Assembly: GCA_035762565.1 (NCBI GenBank)
Contig: DASTOJ010000128.1
Location: 1,451-65,450 of the forward strand
Direction of reading: 5' to 3'
DNA from: Candidatus Methylomirabilota bacterium
GTDB lineage: Bacteria; Methylomirabilota; Methylomirabilia; Rokubacteriales; CSP1-6
Length of the DNA stretch: 64,000 bases
The notes beneath the pieces were generated by a model. That model searched no databases and was not told the DNA's origin. It saw only the letters and a program-made list of their open reading frames with translations. Each line of letters starts with the position of its first letter. The stretch's first letter is position 1. The position numbers were made by a program, and so were the translations under genes. Shown piece after piece: positions 9,486 to 19,871 of the stretch.

Positions 9486-10780
9486 GGCGACTTCAGCGCC
9501 TTCGAGCCGAGCTTCATGTGGTGGGCGCGGCCGAGCTTTTCCTTCGTGAAGTCGACCTCGAAGACCGGCTTCAGCGCCTTGCCGTCCCACGCGAACGCGC
9601 GCAGGAACTGCTCGTTGTCGCTTCCGCCCTTGTCCCAGTTGGCGAGCAGCGAGGACGTGATGTAGACGCGCTTGCCGTCCCAGCTCTGCGAGATCATGTT
9701 GACCTGCTTGCCGGTGACCCTGGCGTAGGTCTGCTTCGGGGTCTCGGGGTTGGTCAGGTCGAAGTACCGGGTCGTCCCGTCCATGAACGTGTTGACCCAC
9801 AGCCCCTTGCCGTCGCGCGTGATGCTGATGTCCACCGGCAGCGGGATCTTGGCCGGGTCGCCGATCGTGCCCACCTCCCGAGCGTGCCACTCGCCCTTGG
9901 CGTCCGCCTTGACGAGCCAGAGCTTGGAGGTGAGGGCGGCGGCGGTGATGGCCCAGTTGTCGCTGGGGTTGAGCGACCAGCGGATCTCCAGCGGCGCGCC
10001 GGGCACGCTGAGGATCTTCCGCGGCTTCATCGCCTTGAGGTCCCACACCACCATCGTGCCGCCGAAGCGCTTCATCGCCTCGGCGTCCTTCACCACCTCC
10101 CCGAGCGGCCGCATGTAGTTGGCGTGACCGGTGAAGCTGGAGGTGAGCAGGACGTTCTTCTTTGGATTCACGGCGAGGTCGTAGCCGTAGCCGTCGCCGC
10201 CGCCCTCGGTCGGCATCGGATAGGACGCGATGAACTCCCCCTGGTTGTTGTAGAGGGCCATGCCGGTGACGCCGCCCTTGTCCTTCGTGTTGGACAGCGC
10301 CTGCACGAGCATCCGCCCCGGCAGCGCGTAGTAGGTGTGCGGTCCGAGGTAGCCGGCCTTGTCCGCCATGTCGGCGATGGTCTTCACGAGCTTGGGCCTG
10401 GCCGGGTCGGTGGCGATGTCGAAGACGTAGATCGTCGGCTCCGCGAGTCCGCCGGCCCAGATGAAGCGCCGGTCGTCGGTGAACCCCATGTGATGGGCCT
10501 CGCCGCGCGTGCCGACCGCGACCGAGCCCAGCACCTTGCCGTAGCTCTTCGACTTCGGGTGCACGTCGATCGTCACCAGCTTGTCGAAGCCGTCGCCGAC
10601 GCCCTCGACGCCCAGGGTCCAGACGTAGACGTAGTCCTCCTGGCCCTTGATGAGCTTGGCGATGTAGGGGGAGTTGCAGGTCTCGTCCGCCCACGCGGTC
10701 TCGACGAACCCTGCGCCCACCAGGATCGCCAGGATCAGGCCTGCGGCCAGGGTGGCGTGCAGCACGCGCTGAGCGCTCAT
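9482..10780 (-). CDS. selenium-binding protein (SBP56) family, methanethiol oxidase (MtoX)-like, secreted
   Basis: 432 aa with a signal peptide (MSAQRVLHATLAAGLILAILVGAGFVETAWA). Motifs along the whole length are SBP56-like (YVYVWT, GEAHHMGF, GPHTYYALPG, GYGYDL, FTGH, RWSLNP, ISITRDGK, QSWDGKRVYITSSL). Confidence 0.85.
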   Translation of the reverse strand: MSAQRVLHATLAAGLILAILVGAGFVETAWADETCNSPYIAKLIKGQEDYVYVWTLGVEGVGDGFDKLVTIDVHPKSKSYGKVLGSVAVGTRGEAHHMGFTDDRRFIWAGGLAEPTIYVFDIATDPARPKLVKTIADMADKAGYLGPHTYYALPGRMLVQALSNTKDKGGVTGMALYNNQGEFIASYPMPTEGGGDGYGYDLAVNPKKNVLLTSSFTGHANYMRPLGEVVKDAEAMKRFGGTMVVWDLKAMKPRKILSVPGAPLEIRWSLNPSDNWAITAAALTSKLWLVKADAKGEWHAREVGTIGDPAKIPLPVDISITRDGKGLWVNTFMDGTTRYFDLTNPETPKQTYARVTGKQVNMISQSWDGKRVYITSSLLANWDKGGSDNEQFLRAFAWDGKALKPVFEVDFTKEKLGRAHHMKLGSKALKSP

Positions 10781-10820
10781 GGAAGCTCTCCTTCCGTCCG
10801 GACGTGAGCAGGCCGGAGCA

Positions 10821-12038
10821 TTACACGGTCATTTCGAGCAGGTAGAGGCCGCCGGTGAACCGGTCCACCGCGTGGACGATGCCGCGGTCGTCCACGAAGA
10901 CATCGTTGATCTGAACGGCGCCGGCGCGCGTGCCGCGCGGCGCCGGTGGGACGTGATGGGAGACTTCCCGGGGCTGGAACGGGTCCGACACGTCGAAGGC
11001 GCGCACGCCGCCGTTGAAGAAGGTGCCGACGACGATCGTGTCCGAGACCCAGGCCCCGGGCGCCGGCCGGTTCTCGTGAAGGTTGTGGGCGCCGTAGCGG
11101 CCGCCGCGGCTCTTGAACTCGTCGAGGGGCGGCAGCGGGCAGGTGGCGATCGGCACCGGGTTGGTCTCGTCGCGCACATCCACCACCCAGACCAGCTTGG
11201 GCCAGTCCTCGCCGCCGTCGCGCACGGCCTCGTCGGAGACGATCATGAGCCCGCGGCTGAGCAGGGGCAGCACCGTGTGCGTGAAGCCGGGGAAGGGCGG
11301 GTGATAGTCCCAGCGGCTCACCAGCTTCGGATGCGCCATGTCCGCGATGTCGAGGATGACCGCACCGCCGTCGAGGTAGCCGACCCACGCCCGGTCGGGC
11401 CGCTGCGGGTAGACGTTGGTGTTGTGGGCGCGGAAGCCCGCGTCGAACGTGGGATGGCGGACGGGTGGCGGCTCGGCGTCGCCGTCGCGGGTGCCCGGCA
11501 GCCACCAGCGCCCGACCTCGACCGGCTTGGTGGGCTGGCGGACGTCGACGATACGGTAGCACTGGTCGTCCTTGGGGTTGCGCGCCTTGAAGTCGGCGGC
11601 CCCGCTGGCGATGTGGACGTAGGCGCCGTCCACGGACCACAGGTGGTGCACGCCGCGGGAGTGCGGCCCCGAGGCGTCGAAGAACGCGACCGGCCGCGGC
11701 TTGCCCGGGTCGGCGACGTCGAAGATCTCGAAGCCGGCCGGCTTGAGGCCCACGGTCTTGGTCTGGTAGGCCACGACGAGCAGGTCGCCCGCCAGGTCGA
11801 GCGAGTTCGAGCGCATGTCGCCGTGCGGCAGGTCCGTCTGGAGGATGACGGAGGGCTTGCGCGGATCCGTCACGTCGACGGCGGTGACGTTCTTCGGCGC
11901 CGACTCGTGGGCCAGCCACAGCACGCGCCGGCCGTCCCGCGCGAGCTGGATCACCATGCCCTCGCCGACGTTGCCGAACCCGCCGAGATCGTGTTGGGCC
12001 AGGAGCCGCATGTTCCTGGAGGATTCCGCTGTCGTCAT
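10821..12038 (-). CDS. LVIVD-repeat beta-propeller protein
   Basis: ORF 10821..12323 is trimmed to MTTAESS, which is preceded by GGAGAC. Recurrent h-h-h-D-V-x-D-P strands are present (VTAVDVTDP, FEIFDVADP, YRIVDVRQP, AVILDIADM, VWVVDVRDE, VRAFDVSDP). No signal peptide is apparent. Confidence 0.55.
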   Translation of the reverse strand: MTTAESSRNMRLLAQHDLGGFGNVGEGMVIQLARDGRRVLWLAHESAPKNVTAVDVTDPRKPSVILQTDLPHGDMRSNSLDLAGDLLVVAYQTKTVGLKPAGFEIFDVADPGKPRPVAFFDASGPHSRGVHHLWSVDGAYVHIASGAADFKARNPKDDQCYRIVDVRQPTKPVEVGRWWLPGTRDGDAEPPPVRHPTFDAGFRAHNTNVYPQRPDRAWVGYLDGGAVILDIADMAHPKLVSRWDYHPPFPGFTHTVLPLLSRGLMIVSDEAVRDGGEDWPKLVWVVDVRDETNPVPIATCPLPPLDEFKSRGGRYGAHNLHENRPAPGAWVSDTIVVGTFFNGGVRAFDVSDPFQPREVSHHVPPAPRGTRAGAVQINDVFVDDRGIVHAVDRFTGGLYLLEMTV

Positions 12039-12081
12039 GGTCTCCGTCTCCCCCGTCCGCGGTTGGAGCATAATACCGCCC

Positions 12082-12495
12082 GTGCTCGACGAGCGCGCAA
12101 TCCAGGGATTCCTGGCCGTCCGGCCCATCGCGGTGCTGGCGACGGTGCAGGCCGACGGGGGCCCGCTGGCCATGCCGATGTGGTTCCTGCACGACCCCGG
12201 CACGCTGACCATGATCAGCGTCGCCGACACGCAGAAGGTTCGCAACCTGCGGCGGGACCCCCGCGTGTGCGTGGTCGTCGAGTCGGCCGGCGCCGACGGC
12301 GGCGACGCGCGCGGCGTGACCATCCAGGGGTGCGCGCAGTTCCTGCCCGACGGTCCCGAGCGGCTCGCGCTCGCGGAGCGCTTTCACGCGAAGTACCCGA
12401 GGCTCCAGCGGCTGTGGGGCGGGCGCGCGATGCCGCCCAGCCGCGTCATGTTCCGGGTCGTCCCCACCCACGTGACGAGCTGGGGGCTCGAGTAG
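12082..12495 (+). CDS. PPOX-class (pyridoxamine 5'-phosphate oxidase-like), probably F420/FMN-binding protein
   Basis: FLAVRPIAVLATVQADGGPLAMPMWF, then RNLRRDPRV and a VVVE.. stretch, is the typical split-barrel PPOX pattern. The GTG at 12082 is chosen as start; the ATG at 12037 is an alternative. Confidence 0.65.
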   Translation: MLDERAIQGFLAVRPIAVLATVQADGGPLAMPMWFLHDPGTLTMISVADTQKVRNLRRDPRVCVVVESAGADGGDARGVTIQGCAQFLPDGPERLALAERFHAKYPRLQRLWGGRAMPPSRVMFRVVPTHVTSWGLE

Positions 12496-12576
12496 CGGTC
12501 GCCGAGAAAGCGAAAGCCCACCACGCTGGCGCGGCCGTCAGAAACGGGCGCCGGGGCGCCGGGCCGCTCACGTCGC

Positions 12577-13443
12577 TCAGGTCGGCAGGCCGAACAGCGA
12601 CGTCATGCGCGACGCGTCCAGCATCGCGGCCATCTCCGTGTCGGTCGGCCGGCGCTCGAAGCGGCTGGCGGCGTCGAGGAAGCGGGGCAGGAGCGTGAGG
12701 TCGCCGGCGGTGTTGAGGAAGGTGCCGGGAATGCCGAGCGCCCAGTGCACGGCGCGATCGAGGTCGGCCGGCGCCTCCAGCGGCTGGTACCATGTCGCAT
12801 GCGTCCGCTCGGCGGCCGCCCACGGCCCGCGCGCGATCGACTTGATGATCTGCACCGCCACGTTCCGCTCGCGACAGATGCCCAGCACCTCCTCGAACGC
12901 CGGCCGGTAGCGCGGGTCCCGGTGGAAGAAGATGTTGTACGGCAGCAGGACGGAGTCGAAGTCGAAGCGGGCCAGGCTGCGCCGGTGCATGGCGGGAATG
13001 GCCCAGCCGTGGCCGGTCACGCCGATGAAGCGCGTCAGGCGCTGCGCGCGGGCCTCGATCACCGCTTCCAGCGCGCCGCCTGGCCCCATCGTCTGGTCCC
13101 AGTCGTCGGGGTGCCAGAGCGCGTGCAGCTGGATGAGGTCGACGTGGTCCACCCGCAGCCGCTCCAGCGAGCGGTGAATGTCCTCGCGGGCCTCGCGCGC
13201 CGTCCGGCTGCCGGTCTTGGTGGCGAGGAAGAAGTCCTTCCGGTGGCGGGCCATCCAGGGGCCGATGCGCAGCTCGGAGTCGCCGTAACGCGCGGCGGTG
13301 TTGATGTGGTTGACGCCGTACCGGAGCAGCATCTCCAGCGCCCGGTCGGCGTCGTCCTGGCTGGCCCGGGCCAGCGCGGCGGCGCCGAACAGCGTGACCG
13401 TGCTCAGGTGACCCGTGCGTCCGAACGGCCGTCGCTCGATCAT
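12577..13443 (-). CDS. aldo/keto reductase
   Basis: ORF 12577..14049 is trimmed to [11 protein letters not shown], which is preceded by GGAGGG. AKR motifs are present ([36 protein letters not shown]). Confidence 0.85.
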   Translation of the reverse strand: MIERRPFGRTGHLSTVTLFGAAALARASQDDADRALEMLLRYGVNHINTAARYGDSELRIGPWMARHRKDFFLATKTGSRTAREAREDIHRSLERLRVDHVDLIQLHALWHPDDWDQTMGPGGALEAVIEARAQRLTRFIGVTGHGWAIPAMHRRSLARFDFDSVLLPYNIFFHRDPRYRPAFEEVLGICRERNVAVQIIKSIARGPWAAAERTHATWYQPLEAPADLDRAVHWALGIPGTFLNTAGDLTLLPRFLDAASRFERRPTDTEMAAMLDASRMTSLFGLPT

Positions 13444-13464
13444 CGCGGTCCCTCCGGCCTCGTG

Positions 13465-14073
13465 ATGGCCGTGATGATACTCGCCCTGGTGGCGCTCGTC
13501 GCGCCGGCGCGGCCGGCGGCCGGATCGGACGCCGGGCTCTCGGGACTGGAAGGACATCCGCGCGCGGCGCTGCCCCTGCGGCTGTGGGTGCAGCTCTCCG
13601 GCGACGCGCAGCTCGACGCGGCCGCCCGGCGGGCCGTCGACGACTGGAACGCCGTGGCCCGCGATGCGCTGGGCGTCGCGGCCTTCGCGGCGGACGCGCC
13701 GCGGGAGAGCGCCCAGGTTCGCGTGAGCATCGAGGCGCCGGCGACCCAGGGGCTGATGGGCATCACCCAGCTGAGCACGGACGACGCCGGCATCATCCAG
13801 CTCCCGGTGACCATCGTCGTCGTGGAGCCGGCGGCACGCGGTCAGACGAGCCGCGAGACCGTGCTCTACCAGGTACTCGCCCACGAGCTGGGCCACGCGC
13901 TCGGGCTGCCCCACGTGGCCGACCCGCGCTCGCTCATGTGCTGCGAGCGGGGAGCGGTGGACCTGACGGATCCGGCCACGCGCGGGGCCTACGTCGAGGC
14001 CCGTCGCCGCCCCGACGTGGGCACGGCGCGGGCGCAGCTGGCCGAGCACTACGCGCGCGTCTGGCGGCGTTGA
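13465..14073 (+). CDS. secreted zinc metalloprotease (matrixin/M10-like)
   Basis: A signal peptide ([20 protein letters not shown]) is followed by [11 protein letters not shown] (HExxHxxGxxH) and a Met-turn candidate (SLMC). Confidence 0.7.
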   Translation: MAVMILALVALVAPARPAAGSDAGLSGLEGHPRAALPLRLWVQLSGDAQLDAAARRAVDDWNAVARDALGVAAFAADAPRESAQVRVSIEAPATQGLMGITQLSTDDAGIIQLPVTIVVVEPAARGQTSRETVLYQVLAHELGHALGLPHVADPRSLMCCERGAVDLTDPATRGAYVEARRRPDVGTARAQLAEHYARVWRR

Positions 14074-14117
14074 CGAGCTCCCGCGACGGGAGCTCCGTCC
14101 TGGCCTGGGGCGCGGTC

Positions 14118-14714
14118 TCAGATTCCGTGGACGATCAATCGCTCCAGATCCCTGCAGAGATCTCGGTCGCGCTGGAAGCCGCGCGCCTGTATCAGGGCCA
14201 CGGCCCGGCGTGCCACGTCGATATCGGCCAGTGCCGCCGCGCGCACCAGCTGAGCGAGATCCACCCGGTCCTGAGGCCGGGTCCGGTCGTCTCGTGAGAG
14301 CAGCTTCAGCGCCAGCAGGTGGCCGATTGTCGCCACCGGCACCCGAAGCCCGGACAGGATCTCCAGCGGTTCGGCCGCCTCGACGATCTCGGGCTCGATT
14401 CCCGACGAGGCGAACAGGATGTCGAGGACGACGGCGTCCTCGTCGCCCCCTTTGGCCAGCAACCGCGCCGTTGCCAGCCGCCCCGCTGCCTCCTGCTCCA
14501 CGAGGGTCTGGAGCCGGTAGCCCCGCTGCTGGAGCGCGTGAACCGCCTGCTCCGCGTCTGGGTCGCCACGGACAGCGATGACGAGATCGACGTCACGCGT
14601 GAAGCGGGGCTCGGTTCGAGCCGAGACGGCGAGGCCGCCCACGAGAGCCCATCGGAGGCGGAGCTCGGCCAGGTCCAGTGCGGCCGCCCGGAGGACGGCC
14701 TCGAGGTGGTTCAC
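14118..14714 (-). CDS. minimal nucleotidyltransferase (AbiEii/DUF2204-like Pol-beta fold), candidate toxin
   Basis: The GTG start overlaps the upstream stop (GTGA at 14711-14714). [23 protein letters not shown] fits the GG...R.T.D.D NTase signature. Length is 198 aa. Confidence 0.6.
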   Translation of the reverse strand: MNHLEAVLRAAALDLAELRLRWALVGGLAVSARTEPRFTRDVDLVIAVRGDPDAEQAVHALQQRGYRLQTLVEQEAAGRLATARLLAKGGDEDAVVLDILFASSGIEPEIVEAAEPLEILSGLRVPVATIGHLLALKLLSRDDRTRPQDRVDLAQLVRAAALADIDVARRAVALIQARGFQRDRDLCRDLERLIVHGI

Positions 14715-14947
14715 TCGGAGCGGCGGGGCCAGGAGGCGCGCCGTCCGACGGCATCGCCGAACTCGGCGCCCGGCCGCTCTTGCAGCCAAGCCCTGACCCG
14801 GGCCTCGATCTCCGTGTCGGGAAGGGCGGGATGACTACGGCGAAGGTTCTGCCGCATCATCTCCACCCCGGTCTCGAACATCGCGAGGGCAGCCCGGAGG
14901 CGGGCGGCGGCGGCTTCACGGGCGTCGCGGGCGGTCTCGCCAGCCAT
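14711..14947 (-). CDS. small helical protein, candidate cognate antitoxin/partner of the NTase
   Basis: 78 aa from MAGETARDAREAAAARLRAALAMFETGVEMMRQNL. The composition is all-helical and it is translationally coupled to the NTase. No family was recognised. Confidence 0.45.
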   Translation of the reverse strand: MAGETARDAREAAAARLRAALAMFETGVEMMRQNLRRSHPALPDTEIEARVRAWLQERPGAEFGDAVGRRASWPRRSE

Positions 14948-14984
14948 GGCCTCGGGCCAGTCTCCCCCTCGCAACTGGCGCCGC

Positions 14985-15536
14985 TCAGCGCTGGTTGAGG
15001 GCGCGGTCGGCGACCTCGACGGTTTTCTTGTCGGGGTCGAACTTCAGCGTCTTCTTGGTCTCGACATCGCCCCCCGTCACCCGGATGAAGAACGTGTCGT
15101 CGCCGAACTCGATCGAGTGGATGTCGCCGACCGCGAACACCGCGGCGTGGCCGGGCTCGTTGAGGAACTCCCTCTGCAGCTCGACCTCGGCGTGGCCGGG
15201 CGTCCGACCGTCGTCGAGCCGGCGCCAGCGCCGCATCCGCGTGGGGTTCTGGTAGTTGCCGTAGATCACCCAGCAGGGGCCGTGGTCGTGCACCGCGGAC
15301 TTGCCGGCCTTGGCGCGGCCGTGCACCAGCACGTGCACGTCGGTCTCGGGGTCGTGACCGATCGTGGTGCGTTCGACGTAGGGGACCGGATCGCCGAGAT
15401 GCTTCTTCAGCAGCTCGGGATTGTGGAGCAGCTTCTCCAGGTGGTCCCGGATCTCGGCCAGGCCCGAGGGCACGCCCTTGGCGTTGATCGTCGCGCGCGT
15501 ATCGGCGAGGAACTGCTCCAGGCTGTAGTGGCTCAA
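14985..15536 (-). CDS. cupin-fold metalloprotein (cysteine-dioxygenase type I / COG5553-like)
   Basis: The TTG start is preceded by GGGAGGA and overlaps the upstream stop (TTGA). The His-rich cupin core is HVLVHGR...AVHDHGPCWVIYG...GDIHSI. Confidence 0.5.
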   Translation of the reverse strand: MSHYSLEQFLADTRATINAKGVPSGLAEIRDHLEKLLHNPELLKKHLGDPVPYVERTTIGHDPETDVHVLVHGRAKAGKSAVHDHGPCWVIYGNYQNPTRMRRWRRLDDGRTPGHAEVELQREFLNEPGHAAVFAVGDIHSIEFGDDTFFIRVTGGDVETKKTLKFDPDKKTVEVADRALNQR

Positions 15537-16393
15537 CGCGATCCTCCCTTCCAGGGTCCCCAGCGCCCGCTCTCGACCGAGGCCAGGAACTCGGCGACGA
15601 GCGAATTGAACAGCCCCGGCTCCTCGATGTTGACCGTGTGGCCGGTCATCGGCAGCACGACGAGGCCGGCGTGCGGGATGTGCCGCTTCATGAAAAGGCC
15701 CGGCCCCAGGCAGGGCTCGTCCTGGTCGCCGACGACGATGAGGGCCGGCGCGGCGATCTGCTTGAGCTCGGACTCCAGCTGGTAGATGGTCCGACGCTTC
15801 ATCTGGACGCCCCGGGCCATGAGCGCGGAGCCCACGCCTGAGTGGTCCAGCACGTTGCGCATGAACTCCGCGTGGCCGCGAGGGTCCTTCTCGGCGAAGC
15901 CGCGCCGCGCCGGATTGGCGGCGAAGTTCCGCGCCTTGGCCTCGGCGCCCTCGGTCTCGTAGAGCCTGGCCTGGCGCTCGGCGTTCTTGACGAACTCCTC
16001 GGGGCTGTCGCTGCCGGCGCCGGCTCCGGCGATGACGAGGCTGGCGGCGAGCTCGGGGTGCCGGATGCCGAAGTTCACCGTCACGCCGCCCCCCAGCGAC
16101 AGGCCCCCGATGTGCGCGCGCCGGATGCCGAGGTGCTCCAGGAGGCCGCGCAGGTCCTCGACCAGGATCTCGACGGAGTAGGCGTCGCCGTCCTTCGGCA
16201 CCTCCGACGGCGGGTAGCCGCGGTAGTTCCAGGTCACGACGCGGTAGCGGCGGGAGAAGTAGCGCACCTGCTGCTCCCACGAGCGATGATCGCCCCCGTA
16301 CTCGTGGCACCAGACCAGCGGGAAGCCCTGCCCGGTCTCTTCGTAATAGAGGTCGACGGGGCCCTTGAGAGACGGAATGCGCGCGGTCGGCAT
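15533..16393 (-). CDS. alpha/beta hydrolase
   Basis: ORF 15533..17509 is trimmed to MPTARIP, which is preceded by GGAGGAG. It has HEYGGDHRSW, the nucleophile elbow GLSLGG, and a C-terminal GHTVNIEEP His region. Confidence 0.8.
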   Translation of the reverse strand: MPTARIPSLKGPVDLYYEETGQGFPLVWCHEYGGDHRSWEQQVRYFSRRYRVVTWNYRGYPPSEVPKDGDAYSVEILVEDLRGLLEHLGIRRAHIGGLSLGGGVTVNFGIRHPELAASLVIAGAGAGSDSPEEFVKNAERQARLYETEGAEAKARNFAANPARRGFAEKDPRGHAEFMRNVLDHSGVGSALMARGVQMKRRTIYQLESELKQIAAPALIVVGDQDEPCLGPGLFMKRHIPHAGLVVLPMTGHTVNIEEPGLFNSLVAEFLASVESGRWGPWKGGSR

Positions 16394-16411
16394 GGCTCCT
16401 CCGAGCTCGGA

Positions 16412-16475
16412 TGATATCACTCGTCCCGGGGTCTGCCCCGAGCTTGCCCGGGACAGCCCCTGGGTGCCGGCACCC
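16412..16475. promoter_or_regulatory. cluster of palindromes in a divergent promoter region
   Basis: Three elements are visible. TGATATCA lies at 16412-16419. GTCCCGGG (16423-16430) pairs with CCCGGGAC (16447-16454). A perfect 14-bp palindrome GGGTGCCGGCACCC lies at 16462-16475. Confidence 0.3.
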
Positions 16476-16558
16476 GGGTCCGGACGGCCACGCCACTCTT
16501 CCCCCGGCGGTGGCCCGGACAGGCGGCTTCCTCCGGCCGCGGGTGATACCATCCCGCC

Positions 16559-17605
16559 ATGGCTGACAAACCGATCCGCGTGGGATTCGTGGGGGCCGGG
16601 GCCAACACCCGCAAGCATCACATTCCCAAGCTCAAGGCCCAGCCGGGCGTCGAGCTGGTGGCGGTCGCCAACCGGTCGAAGGAGTCGGGCGAGCGCGTGG
16701 CCAAGGAGTTCGGCATCGCGCGCGTGCACGACGACTGGCGGCAGGTGGTGGAGGCGCGGGACGTCGACGCGGTCTGCATCGGCACCTGGCCCTACATGCA
16801 CCGCGAGCTGACGGTGGCGTCGCTGGCCGCCGGCAAGCACGTGCTGTGCGAGGCGCGCATGGCCATGAACGCCGCCGAGGGGCGCCAGATGCTGGAGGCC
16901 TCCCGCAAGGCACCCCAGCTCGTCGCCCAGCTGGTGCCGGCGCCGCACACGCTCGAGCTGGACGGGACGCTCACGCGCCTGCTGGCCGAGGGCTACGCGG
17001 GCGAGGTGCAGGCGGTCGAGGTGCAGGCGACCCAGCAGGCGCGCTTCGCCGAGCTGGGCGACGCGATGCACTGGCGGCAGGACATCCGGCTCAGCGGCAA
17101 CAACATCCTGAACATGGGCATCTGGTACGAGGCGATGATGCGCTGGCTGGGGCCGGCCCGGCGCGTGATGGCGATGACGAAGATCGCGGTGCCCCGGCGC
17201 CGGGACGAGACGGGCGCCTGGCACGACGTGAAGGTGCCCGATCACGCCGACATCCTGGTGGCGTTCAAGAGCGGGGCCGTCGGCCACCTGCGCTTCAGCT
17301 CGCTCACGGCGCTCGCGCCGCCGGCCGAGGCCTGGATCTACGGCAGCGAGGGCACGCTGCGGATCGAGCCGGACGCCAGGCGGCTGTCGGGCGGTCGGCG
17401 CGGCGACAAGGCGCTGGCCGAGATCGCCATCCCGGCCGACCAGCGCATCGGCTGGCGCGTCGAGGAGGAGTTCGTCAACGCGATCCGCGGGCGCGAGAAG
17501 GTCACGCACACGAACTTCGAGGACGGCGTGCGCTACATGGAGTTCACCGATGCGGTCGCCCGCAGCGCGGCCAGCGAGCGCGCGGCCGACGTCGCCGAGC
17601 TGTGA
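16559..17605 (+). CDS. Gfo/Idh/MocA family oxidoreductase
   Basis: It has the N-terminal Rossmann motif IRVGFVGAGANTRKHHIPKL and the EARMA motif typical of this family. Length is 348 aa. Confidence 0.85.
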   Translation: MADKPIRVGFVGAGANTRKHHIPKLKAQPGVELVAVANRSKESGERVAKEFGIARVHDDWRQVVEARDVDAVCIGTWPYMHRELTVASLAAGKHVLCEARMAMNAAEGRQMLEASRKAPQLVAQLVPAPHTLELDGTLTRLLAEGYAGEVQAVEVQATQQARFAELGDAMHWRQDIRLSGNNILNMGIWYEAMMRWLGPARRVMAMTKIAVPRRRDETGAWHDVKVPDHADILVAFKSGAVGHLRFSSLTALAPPAEAWIYGSEGTLRIEPDARRLSGGRRGDKALAEIAIPADQRIGWRVEEEFVNAIRGREKVTHTNFEDGVRYMEFTDAVARSAASERAADVAEL

Positions 17606-17616
17606 GGGGGTCGCCC

Positions 17617-18686
<1,070 letters not shown>

Positions 18687-18690
<4 letters not shown>

Positions 18691-19871
18691 GCCACGACCT
18701 CGCGGCCCTCTGGCCGCTCGAGCGCGGCCTCGACTTCCTCAACCACGGCTCCTTCGGCGCCTGCCCGGCCGAGGTGCTGCGGCACCAGGACGCGCTGCGC
18801 GCCGAGATGGAAGCCGAGCCCGTGCGCTTCCTCTCGCGCGAGCTGGACGACCGGCTCGAGGCGGCCCGTGACGCGCTGGCCGCGTTCGTCGGCGCCGACG
18901 GCGACGACCTCGCGTTCGTCACCAACGCCACCGGGGGCGTCAACGCGGTTCTGAGGTCGCTGGCGTTCGCGGCGGGTGACGAGCTGCTGACGACCGACCA
19001 CGCCTACAACGCCTGCCGCAACACGCTCGACTTCGTCGCCGCCCGCGCCGGCGCCCGGGTGATGGTGGCCACCATTCCTTTTCCGGTGGGCTCGCCCGAC
19101 GACGTCGTCGAGGCGGTGCTGGCCAAGGTCACGCCCCGCACGCGGCTGGCGCTGGTGGATCACGTGACCAGCCCGACGGCGCTGATCCTGCCGCTCGAGC
19201 GCTTGAGCGCGGAGCTGGGCCGCCGCGGCGTGGACGTGCTGGTCGACGGCGCCCACGCGCCGGGCATGGTGCCGCTCGACCTGGCCGCGCTCGGCGCCGC
19301 CTACTACAGCGGGAACTGCCACAAGTGGCTCTGTGCGCCGAAGGGCTCGGCGTTCCTGTGGGTGCGCCGCGATCGGCAGGCCACGGTGCACCCGCTCACG
19401 ATCAGCCACGGCGCCAGCGCGGTACGGCCGGACCGCTCGCGCTTCCGCCTGGAGTTCGACTGGACGGGCACCAGCGATCCGACCGCGTGGCTGACCGTCC
19501 CCAGGGCGATCGAGTACGTGGGCTCGCTGCTGCCGGGCGGGTGGCCGGCGGTGATGGCGCGCAACCGCGCGCTGGCCCGTGAGGCGCGCGACCTGCTCTG
19601 CGCGGCGGTGGGCGCCGCGGCGCCGTGCCCGGAGGCGATGCTCGGCTCGCTCGCCAGCGTCCCGCTGCCGGACGGGACCGCGGACGTCGCGTGGCGGCGT
19701 CCGGATCCGCTCCAGCGGCAGCTGTTCGACGGCTGGGGCATCGAGGTGCCGGTGGTGAGCTGGCCGGCGGCGCCCCGGCGCCTCATCCGCGTCTCCGCGC
19801 AGCTCTACAACCGCCGCGAGCAGTACGAGCGGCTGGCCGAGGCCCTGCGCAAGGAGCTGGACCGGCCGTGA
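18687..19871 (+). CDS. class V aminotransferase-fold PLP enzyme (isopenicillin-N epimerase / cysteine desulfurase-like)
   Basis: The GTG start overlaps the previous stop. It has LNHGSFGA and a DGAH motif, with the PLP lysine in SGNCHKWL. Confidence 0.8.

Noticed and set aside
12496-12576. The GGCGCC-GG-GGCGCC element between convergent genes read as a terminator.
   Set aside because: A 2-nt loop is sterically impossible. It is just adjacent palindromic hexamers.
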